Source: Planctomycetota bacterium (GTDB taxonomy: Bacteria; Planctomycetota; MHYJ01; WSZJ01). Taken from it: 30,714 nt of DNA. This document shows, one piece after another, positions 1-7,914 of the stretch (its first letter is position 1; each line of letters begins with the position of its first letter). The stretch is taken from NCBI GenBank assembly GCA_038060895.1, contig JBBTCT010000039.1:1-30714 (forward strand), in the 5' to 3' direction. The notes under the pieces are model-generated. The model was not told the origin of the DNA. It searched no databases and saw only the letters and a list, made by a program, of their open reading frames with translations. The position numbers and the translations under genes were made by a program.

Positions 1-728
1 ACGTCCTTCTGCGTGTACCCGCCGTGCACGCCCAGCGTGTGCAGCTCGAGCAGCTCGCGGCCGTAGTTCTCGTTCGGCTTGTCGGTCGCGCTGGCCTTGC
101 GGTTCTCGCGCCCGTCGAGGTAGACGAGCATCGCCGGCGACGTCGCCGACGCCTTCACCATGTCGCGGAATTTTCCGAGCGCGTTTTTGCGGATCGTCTC
201 GCGGTCGTCGGGCGACTTCAGCCAGGCGCAGTCGGCCTTGCCGATGTGAATATTGAAGTGGTCCGTCCAGAACTCGACCATGACCTCGAAGAGCTGGCGC
301 TTCGAGTAGACGGCCTTGAGCAAGGTGAAGCGCGTGAGCTCGTTTTCGACGACCGGCTTCTTGAACTCGTACATTTCGCCGGCGGGAAGGTGAGTCGTCT
401 CGAATCCGCGGGTCCGCAGGGAGCAGGCGAGGTCGTCGATCGATTCCGGCTTCAGCTGTTCGTCGATCCAGCCTTCGATCCCGAGCTTGTCAACGCGTTC
501 CAGATCACCGGGCCAGGGGCCGAACGCCGCGCGATGGAGCAGGTGCATGCGGTCGTCGGTGGCGGCCGCGGCAGCGAGAGCGAAATGATTGGGAACGCCG
601 GCGTCGAGGAACCAGTCGCCGAATTTCGCGCGGAGCTTTTCGCACCCCGTGGAAAGAAGGGTGGAAGCGGCGATTCCGGTCTTCACGAAATCGCGGCGGT
701 TCAGTCCCCGGTATGGTGTGCGCATCAT
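1..728 (-). CDS. DUF1800-family protein with twin-arginine (Tat) signal; partial, runs off the left edge (not in the ORF track)
   Basis: Manual translation from ATG at 728: MMRTPYRGLNRRDFVKTG...HLLHRAAFGPWPGD...RQLFEVMVEFWTDHFNI...SPAMLVYLDG...PNENYGRELLELHTLGVHGGYTQKD; these motifs are characteristic of DUF1800. Confidence 0.9.
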   Translation of the reverse strand, partial: MMRTPYRGLNRRDFVKTGIAASTLLSTGCEKLRAKFGDWFLDAGVPNHFALAAAAATDDRMHLLHRAAFGPWPGDLERVDKLGIEGWIDEQLKPESIDDLACSLRTRGFETTHLPAGEMYEFKKPVVENELTRFTLLKAVYSKRQLFEVMVEFWTDHFNIHIGKADCAWLKSPDDRETIRKNALGKFRDMVKASATSPAMLVYLDGRENRKASATDKPNENYGRELLELHTLGVHGGYTQKD

Positions 729-733
729 CGGTG

Positions 734-1366
734 TTACCGGTGCATCACTTCTTCGGGGCCCACCGCCGCGAAGGCGGACTGCGGAGCAGGCGCCGACGGC
801 GCCGCAAACGACGCGAGCGGGGCGGAAGCGGCGGCCGCGGCGATCCGTGCGGCGACGTCCTGGACCGGAAGCGGAGCGGCCTGTTGCGGCGCGAACGACG
901 GAAGCAGCGCGAGCGCCGAAGCGCCCATGCCCATGACGAGCGCGATCGGGTAGATGAGCAGCCATCCGACGACCGGGAAGAGGCAAGCCATCTCGAGGAT
1001 GACCGAGCCGCGCACGATCGCGCGCCACGGCCGGTCCTTGTCCACGGGGCTCGCCGTCGCATGCCCGATCCGCGCTGCGATTCCGGACATGCCGGACAGC
1101 GCTGCCCAGGCGCCGCCCATCGCGACGATGGCCGACAGGAATTTCAGCGCGGCATTTCCCTGCCCCAGCAGGGCCGCGAATCCCATTACTACCCCCATCA
1201 CGATCAGACCGACAAAAAAGGTCGCGATCGGGTTCCGCGAAACGCGCATTTCCGCCTTCCGGGCGAACCCGGGGAAGAAGACTCCGTATATAAGCGCGAT
1301 GCACGGCATCGCAAGAAGCGCCGCCAGGACGGTGGCAACGATGGAGGCAACGTCGGACATGATCAT
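734..1366 (-). CDS. Integral membrane protein (4-5 TM helices, Ala/Pro-rich tail), probably co-transcribed with the DUF1800 gene
   Basis: 210-aa ORF with several hydrophobic segments; AAGGAG RBS upstream; stop lies 5 nt before the DUF1800 start. Confidence 0.8.
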   Translation of the reverse strand: MIMSDVASIVATVLAALLAMPCIALIYGVFFPGFARKAEMRVSRNPIATFFVGLIVMGVVMGFAALLGQGNAALKFLSAIVAMGGAWAALSGMSGIAARIGHATASPVDKDRPWRAIVRGSVILEMACLFPVVGWLLIYPIALVMGMGASALALLPSFAPQQAAPLPVQDVAARIAAAAASAPLASFAAPSAPAPQSAFAAVGPEEVMHR

Positions 1367-1458
1367 GGCTGGGTCTCCTTTAGCTGCGTTCGTTAGACAG
1401 TCCTACACCCGGTTCTAAGCCGGGGTTTCGAGTTTCCTGAAATTTACGACGATTACCG

Positions 1459-2196
1459 ATGGGGCAGCCCCTGAAGACCACCGCGTCCATTTGCCAGCCC
1501 AGTCCCAGGGCCACGAACACGCTGTTGGTCCAGCGTTCCCTTGCATTCCTGCTCATCGCGGGAATGGTCACTCTTCGGGCTGCGCAAATGGCATGGCACC
1601 GGTCGTTTCAGCAACACCAGAGAGCGCAGATTGAAGGCAACGAGCCCCCACGTCTCTCCGCAGAGGAAATCCCGGTTGGCGTGATCAGAACGGCGGCCCT
1701 GCAACCGAATCCGCTTGAGGAATTACCCTTTCAACTGGCCCTGCGCTCCGACCACGACATTGACGATTCACCTGGGAGCCGCATCTGCCAACGCCGAGCC
1801 GACGCCATTCGCCTTGCTGAGGCCGCTGTTCAACTCGTCAAGCGAGGGCAGTCGGCGCGCGCTCTTCAAGGATCCAACCTCTTCACGGGAATCGGGGGAC
1901 GATTCGCGCTCGCGTGCATCCACGAGGCAACCGCCAACATCGAACGCATGCGGGATGCGCTCGACTCGGCCATCCTGCTCGACCCCGGCTTTCCTGAGCC
2001 GCGACGCATGCGCGCAGCTCTTCGCCGCAGAGAAGAAGATTTCCCTGGCGCAGTGGAGGACTACAGTGTGTTTCTGCGAGCGTGCCCGGACGATCTCGAT
2101 GCCCGGGAAGCGTGCTTCGAACCGCGCTCGCGCAATCGGCACCAGTCAGCGATGGGCGCCTCCGACTGCAACGGACGCTGCTTCGGTTGCAGGTAA
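1459..2196 (+). CDS. TPR-like protein with N-terminal hydrophobic segment; start uncertain, possibly degenerate
   Basis: TPR-like helices (ALDSAILLDPGFPEPRRMRAALRRREEDFPGAVEDYSVFLRACPDD); hydrophobic SLAFLLIAGMVTL; C-terminus looks non-canonical. Confidence 0.5.
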   Translation: MGQPLKTTASICQPSPRATNTLLVQRSLAFLLIAGMVTLRAAQMAWHRSFQQHQRAQIEGNEPPRLSAEEIPVGVIRTAALQPNPLEELPFQLALRSDHDIDDSPGSRICQRRADAIRLAEAAVQLVKRGQSARALQGSNLFTGIGGRFALACIHEATANIERMRDALDSAILLDPGFPEPRRMRAALRRREEDFPGAVEDYSVFLRACPDDLDAREACFEPRSRNRHQSAMGASDCNGRCFGCR

Positions 2197-2253
2197 GATA
2201 GGTCCGCTGCAGCCGTCCGGTCATCCCTCCAACCCGCCTGCCTCGAGGTCCCC

Positions 2254-4026
2254 ATGAACAAGGCTCTGCTCCTGGCCGCATCCTGCACTGCACTCGCGTT
2301 CGGGTCTGGCACCGCCGCGACATTTCTATTCCGTGCGAAACCTGCGGAGGGCGCGAAGCCACTTGAATTACCGAAGTCGTTCAGGGGCGAACGGTTCGAA
2401 GTCGCCGACGCCGCCGGAAAGGTGCGGGCCTGGATGGGATCCGCGGCGGACGGCTCGCCGCAGGTCGGGGTCGCCGATGCCGAAGGGCGGCCGCGCGCAA
2501 TGCTGACGGTTGATGCGAAGGGCGCTCCGGTCGTGGAACTCCGGGACGCCGCAGGAGCGGCGCTGGCCACCGTCGCCGTGGACGACACGGGAGCATCCGT
2601 GACTCTTCGCACTCCGTCCGGCAAGCAGGCGATGGCGATGCACGCTTCGAAAGACGGCGCAGCTTCGCTTTCGCTCGGTTCCGGAAAGTCGCCGTCCGCT
2701 GCGCTTGCCGCCGATTCCGCCGGCGACGCTTCACTCACTTTCTCCGGCGCAGACGGTGCCCCGAGAGCGTCGTTGGCACCCGGCGCCGGCGGTTACGCCC
2801 TCGAGTTGCGGGACGACGCGGGCGTGCGGCGCACGGAAGTCGGCGCGAAGGGCGTGACCGCCCCGCAGGTCGTCGTGCGCGACGCAGAGGGGCAGGCCCG
2901 TGCGCGGCTTTCGATCGACAAGGAGCGCGGGGCGGCGCTCACTCTCTCGGACGAAACGGGAAAGACGCGCGCCGGTCTCGAGGCGACGGTCGAGCGCGGC
3001 GGAGCCTTGAAGATCTCCGATGCGGCGGGCACGACTCGCGCATCGCTGACCGCTCGACCGGACGGCGTCCCGGTTCTCGAGCTGACAGAGGCCGGCGGCG
3101 TGCCCGTGGTCTCGATGTCCGTGCGCGACGACGGAACCGGCAGCTTCGCCCTCATGGACGCAAAGACCCGCCTGATCCGCGCGTGGCTCGATACCAGCAC
3201 CACGGGCGAAACCGCGCTCGCCTTCTATGACACCACCGGCAAGCTGCGCCAGGTGACCGGAATCGACAATGTGTCCATCCCCTACCTGAAGCTCCTGACG
3301 GCCGAAGAGAAAATCCGCGTCTGTCTCTACGCCGAGGAAGGCAAGACCGCGGCGCTTGACTTCCGTAACGCCGAGAACCAGACGCTCCTGTCCCTTCTGA
3401 CGGGCGGCGACCACAGGCCCGTCCTGGCCATGCGCGACTCAAAACTGAACGACCGCGTCTGGCTCGGAGTGAGCTCGGAGGACTGGACACTCTTCAATCT
3501 CGCCGACAACGAGGGACACTCGCGCGTCCTGCAGGGAATCCGCCCGGACTCCAGCCCCTACATCGGTTTCTCCGACGCGGCCGGCAAGTCCCGCTTCTTC
3601 CTGGACACCGATTCAGCGGGGCGGCCCTCGATGGCGATGTACGACTCGGCGGGAACCACGCGCATCACCATGTATCTCTCCACCGACAGCGAATCCAGCC
3701 AGCTCCGCTTCAATGATCCTTCCGGCAACGAACGCATCTGGCTTGGCTATGACAACCTCGGCGGAATCGCCATGAACTTCTTCGATCCGTCGAAACGCAC
3801 GCGCATGAGCCTCGGGACGTCCAAGGAGGGATCTCCGTTCCAGGGCTTCCACGACACGGTGCGCGCACGCCTCAGTTTCGCGCTGACGCCGGAAGGGCTT
3901 CCGGTCGCGCACGCCACGGATTCGAACGGGAAGGACCGGCTGCAGTTCGGGCTCACGGAAGCGGGGGTGGGGAAGGTCAACGTGCTGGACGGGAACGACC
4001 AGGTCATCTGGAGCAGTGGGCCCTGA
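2254..4026 (+). CDS. Exported 590-aa tandem-repeat protein (~23 copies of a ~23-aa beta-hairpin-like unit)
   Basis: Signal/anchor MNKALLLAASCTALAFG; repeat pattern R-x-x-(L/M)-x5-G-x-P-x-(L/F)-x-(L/F)-x-D-x-x-G; ends QVIWSSGP; GAGG RBS. Confidence 0.85.
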   Translation: MNKALLLAASCTALAFGSGTAATFLFRAKPAEGAKPLELPKSFRGERFEVADAAGKVRAWMGSAADGSPQVGVADAEGRPRAMLTVDAKGAPVVELRDAAGAALATVAVDDTGASVTLRTPSGKQAMAMHASKDGAASLSLGSGKSPSAALAADSAGDASLTFSGADGAPRASLAPGAGGYALELRDDAGVRRTEVGAKGVTAPQVVVRDAEGQARARLSIDKERGAALTLSDETGKTRAGLEATVERGGALKISDAAGTTRASLTARPDGVPVLELTEAGGVPVVSMSVRDDGTGSFALMDAKTRLIRAWLDTSTTGETALAFYDTTGKLRQVTGIDNVSIPYLKLLTAEEKIRVCLYAEEGKTAALDFRNAENQTLLSLLTGGDHRPVLAMRDSKLNDRVWLGVSSEDWTLFNLADNEGHSRVLQGIRPDSSPYIGFSDAAGKSRFFLDTDSAGRPSMAMYDSAGTTRITMYLSTDSESSQLRFNDPSGNERIWLGYDNLGGIAMNFFDPSKRTRMSLGTSKEGSPFQGFHDTVRARLSFALTPEGLPVAHATDSNGKDRLQFGLTEAGVGKVNVLDGNDQVIWSSGP

Positions 4027-4176
4027 GTAGCGCCACGTTGATTCTGTGCCATCCAGCCGCGGCGAATTTCGGCGGCCTGCAAGGAGGAGAGCAGAACGGA
4101 GCTCCCGTGAGGATCGACGACGACGCGGGACGTCGAAAGGCGAGGGACGAATGGCGCAGAATCAACGTGGAGTTAC
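4027..4176. mobile_element. MITE-like element, ~150 bp, with 26-bp imperfect terminal inverted repeats
   Basis: GTAGCGCCACGTTGATTCTGTGCCAT (4027-4052) vs ATGGCGCAGAATCAACGTGGAGTTAC (4151-4176): 23/26 complementary; TA at 4028-4029 and 4174-4175 may be a target duplication. Confidence 0.6.
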
Positions 4177-5325
4177 CTGGGTTCTGCGCGAGGCCCTGGC
4201 AAGAATGACGCCCTGTGCACCGATGGCAGCAAGCACGAGCCCCGCGGCGAACAGGTAGCCCGCCGGGGCGAATCCCGTGCGGTGCTGGAGGAATCCCGCC
4301 GCCATCGGGATCGCGAAGTTCGAGGCCCCGATGACCGCTTCGTGGATCCCCGCCCTTTCGCCGCGCTTCTCGTCGGAATGGACGGAGTAGTAGATGGAAG
4401 CGGAGTAAGCGACGCCGAGGCTCATGCCGGCGGCGGCGGCGGCGGCGAGGGCGACGGGGAGAGGGGCGCCCCAGCCGATGACGGCGAGGGCGGCGGCGCC
4501 TGCGGTCTGCCAGGCGAGGAAGACGCCGGGGCGGTAGCGCCAGCCGGAGAAGCGGCCGAAGTACCAGAAGGCGAAGGTCTGGGATAGGAACAGGGCGGCG
4601 AGGACGTTGTTGTAGTGGGACGTGGGGCGGCCGAGGCTGACGACGCGTTCTTCGTAGAGGAAGTTGAGCGTGGCGCCGAGGCCGTACGCGGCGAAATTTG
4701 CGAGCCAGGCGGCCTTGAGGTAGGCGGCGCGAACGGCGGCCGGCGGGCCGTCGTGGGCGACGAGTGGAGCGGCGACGGCGCGGTGGCGGGCTGGGCGTCC
4801 GGGGACGATGAAAGCGAGGGCGAACGAGAGGATGCCGCATGCCGCGAGCGCGTGAAGACCAAGGTGGTGCCAGGCGTAGCCGCCGACGAAGAACCCGAGC
4901 GTTTTCCCGATGCTCCATGACAGGGAGAACGTGCCGAGGTTTTTCTCGAGGTCCTCGGGCGCCGATTCATCGCCGACGAGGGCCTGGAGCCCGGGCCAGA
5001 TGAGCGCGTTCGAGAATCCGCCGATCGGGGAGACGATGTAGATCCAGGACAGCGTTTTCGCGCGCCAGGCGAGCAGGCAGAAGACCGCGAATCCCACGAG
5101 TCCGATGCGGGCAAGTGTCGTGCGTGAAACCCGGTCGGAGAGCCTTCCTGCCGCCCAGCTCGTCACCACGTACGCAAGTCCACCGACCACGGGGAGAAAC
5201 CCCAGCTCGGCCGGGGTCGCCTGGGCCTTGACCATCGCCCAGACGGGAATCACGCTCCACGCGACGAACAGGGAGAGATCCTGCCCGAGGGCGACGGCGA
5301 GCGTGCGCGGCGACAGTCGGCTCAT
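4162..5325 (-). CDS. MFS transporter
   Basis: 387 aa, ~12 hydrophobic segments, motif A-like GRLSDRVSR between TM2 and TM3. Confidence 0.9.
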   Translation of the reverse strand: MSRLSPRTLAVALGQDLSLFVAWSVIPVWAMVKAQATPAELGFLPVVGGLAYVVTSWAAGRLSDRVSRTTLARIGLVGFAVFCLLAWRAKTLSWIYIVSPIGGFSNALIWPGLQALVGDESAPEDLEKNLGTFSLSWSIGKTLGFFVGGYAWHHLGLHALAACGILSFALAFIVPGRPARHRAVAAPLVAHDGPPAAVRAAYLKAAWLANFAAYGLGATLNFLYEERVVSLGRPTSHYNNVLAALFLSQTFAFWYFGRFSGWRYRPGVFLAWQTAGAAALAVIGWGAPLPVALAAAAAAGMSLGVAYSASIYYSVHSDEKRGERAGIHEAVIGASNFAIPMAAGFLQHRTGFAPAGYLFAAGLVLAAIGAQGVILARASRRTQVTPR

Positions 5326-5349
5326 GTACGAGAATCCCGGGTTTCGCCA

Positions 5350-5395
5350 AAACGAATACGGCGGCCGCGGGCAATTCCGCCCCGGGGCCGCCGTA
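5350..5395 (-). terminator. Probable intrinsic terminator downstream of the NYN gene
   Basis: TACGGCGGCC (5357-5366)/GGCCGCCGTA (5386-5395) stem, followed on the minus strand by UUCGUUUU. Confidence 0.55.
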
Positions 5396-5459
5396 AATTT
5401 CGAGTCACTCCCGCACGAACAACGGTCGTTCCTACCCCCTGCCGACTACCTCCTGCGAA

Positions 5460-6308
5460 CTACACTTTCATCTTCACCGCCTGAATCCCGTCGTCCGTCA
5501 GGTAGATCTCGATCTTCTGCTCCTCGACCAGCCGGTCGATGATCCGCCTCCGGAGATCCGGAATCTCGGCGAGCTTTTCGCTGCGCCAGCGCGTCACAAA
5601 GAAGTGCACGCCGACATACCCGCCAGGCATCGCGGCCTGCGCGCGCTTGATCTCTTCGATGCACGCCTGCATGTGCACTTCGGGATCGTTCGAGAGCGGC
5701 GCAATCGGCACCGCCGCCGACGGCGGAAGCCCGAACGGCGCCAGCCCGTCCCCCGCACCGCGCGCGAAGTCCTGGAGGCCTTCCGACAGATTCAGGTGGT
5801 CAAACGCCGCGCGCCGGATCCGCGCCGAGAGGCCGGATGATCCCCAGCTCCCGACGTAGACCTGCTTCCCCAGCGCCCGCACGCCTTCGACCGCCGGCAC
5901 GAGGTCCGCGTCGCCCGAAATCAGCACCGCGATGTCGAACGCCCCGACCGCCGCGAGCCGAAGCATGTCCGCCACCATCGTCGTGTCCACCTCCTTCTCC
6001 TGCGAGAACTTCGACTGCGTCCCGCAGCTCGGACACGTGGTCGTCCGGATTTTCTGTGCGAAGCGCTGCACGAAGAACCCGGGCTGCATCGTGAGCATGT
6101 CCAGGAAGTTGTCGAGCTTCTCCTGGCCGGGGGACCGCGGAAGCGTGTCGTCCACTCCCGTGTAGTAATACGCCCCCCACAGGTGCGACCCGCCGACCGC
6201 CCTCACGATCCACTGTGAAAGCTTCCGGAAGTCAATATCCCTGCCGGCGGTCTGGTCCTTCCAGCCGGCATAAAAGTTCTTACCGTCGAAGAAGAGAACA
6301 ACGCGCAT
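5460..6308 (-). CDS. NYN domain (LabA/DUF88, PIN-like) putative ribonuclease with CxxC insert and small C-terminal helical domain
   Basis: Start reassigned to ATG at 6308 (MRVVLFFDGKNFY); acidic motifs DGKN, QEKEVD, SGDADLVPAVE; CPSC insert. Confidence 0.9.
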   Translation of the reverse strand: MRVVLFFDGKNFYAGWKDQTAGRDIDFRKLSQWIVRAVGGSHLWGAYYYTGVDDTLPRSPGQEKLDNFLDMLTMQPGFFVQRFAQKIRTTTCPSCGTQSKFSQEKEVDTTMVADMLRLAAVGAFDIAVLISGDADLVPAVEGVRALGKQVYVGSWGSSGLSARIRRAAFDHLNLSEGLQDFARGAGDGLAPFGLPPSAAVPIAPLSNDPEVHMQACIEEIKRAQAAMPGGYVGVHFFVTRWRSEKLAEIPDLRRRIIDRLVEEQKIEIYLTDDGIQAVKMKV

Positions 6309-6489
6309 GAGTCTGTCCCCGATATTTTGACCAGTAGAGTCCCCCGGCCCCTGCCGGGAGGAGGGCGAGTATTGCAGGGAGCCGGAAAACTTCAAGCCAC
6401 GATTTTTCTGATTATTAAGGTGAGCTCGCGGTGAGCCCCAGGCGCGTCCGGGTGGAGTAGAATCCCCCCACATCCTCCGGAGAACAGGT

Positions 6490-7158
6490 ATGACAAGGCT
6501 CCCCCGCCACATCGCCTGGCCCGCCGCCGCCGCCCTCGTCGCCGCCGCGGCATTCGCATGGAAACCGCTCGCCAACGCCGCGGAACGCCGCGAGCGCCCC
6601 GCACCGATGCTGGTTGCGGATACCGGAAGCGTCACCGGCAAAGCAACGTTCAGCGCGGCACGCCCGAAGCAGCCGATCATTGTGTGGCTCGAGCGCGAAG
6701 GAGGCGAGGTCAAGGGCACGATCCCGGAGCCACTTCACATCGGACAGAAAGGCGCCCAGTTCAACCCGTCGTTCGAAGTCGTCGTGGTCGGGCAGAAAGT
6801 CATCTTTAACAACGACGAGGACAAGGAAATCGACCACAACGTTTACACCCTCGGCGCGGAAAAGACGGACCTCAATATTTTCTCGAAGGGCGTCAGCGTG
6901 ACGCACGAGTTCAAGAACATTGGCGAAGTTTCCCTCTACTGCAGCGTGCACAAGCTCATGGACGGCAAGCTCTTCGTCGCCCCCAGCACCGCGTACGCGT
7001 ACCTCGCCGACGACGGCAGTTTTTCCATCCCGGGCGTGTCGCCGGGAAACTACACGCTCAAGACCTACCAGAAGGCGAAGCGCTTCCGCGACGTCGAGGT
7101 GAAGATCACCGTGAATGCCGGAGAGGCAACGAAGGTTGCCGTGGAGCTGAAGCGATGA
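6490..7158 (+). CDS. Exported cupredoxin-like / carboxypeptidase-regulatory-like domain protein with intact type-1 Cu ligands
   Basis: Signal peptide; IGQKGAQFNP, HNVY, YCSVHKLM (C-x2-H-x2-M), DGSFSIPGVSPGNYTL; GGAGA RBS. Confidence 0.85.
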   Translation: MTRLPRHIAWPAAAALVAAAAFAWKPLANAAERRERPAPMLVADTGSVTGKATFSAARPKQPIIVWLEREGGEVKGTIPEPLHIGQKGAQFNPSFEVVVVGQKVIFNNDEDKEIDHNVYTLGAEKTDLNIFSKGVSVTHEFKNIGEVSLYCSVHKLMDGKLFVAPSTAYAYLADDGSFSIPGVSPGNYTLKTYQKAKRFRDVEVKITVNAGEATKVAVELKR

Positions 7159-7889
7159 CGATGCGAACAGCTGTGCTGGCTCTCGCAGTTCTCATCGCGG
7201 GCTGCGGCGGGCCCGAGTACCCGCAGCCGAAGCCGGACCGGGCGCAGCTTATCGTGAAGCTGGCCGCCCGGGCCAAGGAGGGGGTGAAGGGGCCGAGGGG
7301 CGACACGGGCGACCCGTATTCGAGCTCGGGGATGAGCCCCGAGCGGTCGAAGAACTACCAGCGCGTGGACTACGACGACCTGGCGGACATTGCCGTGATC
7401 CTGAAAGGCTCCTCGCTCGGCGACGGCGGCCCGGCCCCGACCGCCGCCCGGCTGACGATCGGCCCCGACGGGCCGGACCACAGGCTGGTGCTGCTGGGCC
7501 CGAAGAAGCACACGCAGTTGACGCTTCGCAACGAATTGAAGCGCTCAATGACCCTCGGCTGCATGGGCCAGAGCGGCGACGGTTTCGTAGCGACGGTCGC
7601 ACCGGGCAAGGAGGGCGTCGTGACGCTTTCGGACCCGGGCGTTTACGAGCTGAACTGCGACGAAGACGAGTGCCTTCTGGTCACGATCGTCGTCGCGCCG
7701 ACGACGTGGGCGGCGCTCGGGAAATCGGGCGACGAAATCTTTTTCGATGGCGTTGCGCCAGGCGAACTCGACGTTGTGATCCAGGCGCCGCGCCTTCCCG
7801 ACATCGTCCGGCGCGTGTCGGCGACGGCGGGCGCCCGCGCGACCGTGGACGCCGAGATCTCGGTGAACCAGATGGAGCGTACGAAGTGA
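7155..7889 (+). CDS. Lipoprotein, divergent paralog of the upstream cupredoxin/carboxypeptidase-regulatory protein
   Basis: ATGA overlap with the upstream gene; lipobox LIAGC; PGVYELNC and FDGVAPGELDV segments parallel the upstream protein. Confidence 0.75.
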   Translation: MTMRTAVLALAVLIAGCGGPEYPQPKPDRAQLIVKLAARAKEGVKGPRGDTGDPYSSSGMSPERSKNYQRVDYDDLADIAVILKGSSLGDGGPAPTAARLTIGPDGPDHRLVLLGPKKHTQLTLRNELKRSMTLGCMGQSGDGFVATVAPGKEGVVTLSDPGVYELNCDEDECLLVTIVVAPTTWAALGKSGDEIFFDGVAPGELDVVIQAPRLPDIVRRVSATAGARATVDAEISVNQMERTK

Positions 7890-7914
7890 GTCTGTTCTTC
7901 GCGAAGGCGCTTCC

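Noticed and set aside
24-953. 309-aa plus-strand ORF
   Set aside because: Antisense shadow of the DUF1800 gene, which has clear family motifs on the minus strand
2400-4000. CRISPR array or DGR repeats underlying the repeat protein
   Set aside because: The periodicity is at protein level only; no identical DNA repeats with spacers, and no cas or reverse transcriptase gene
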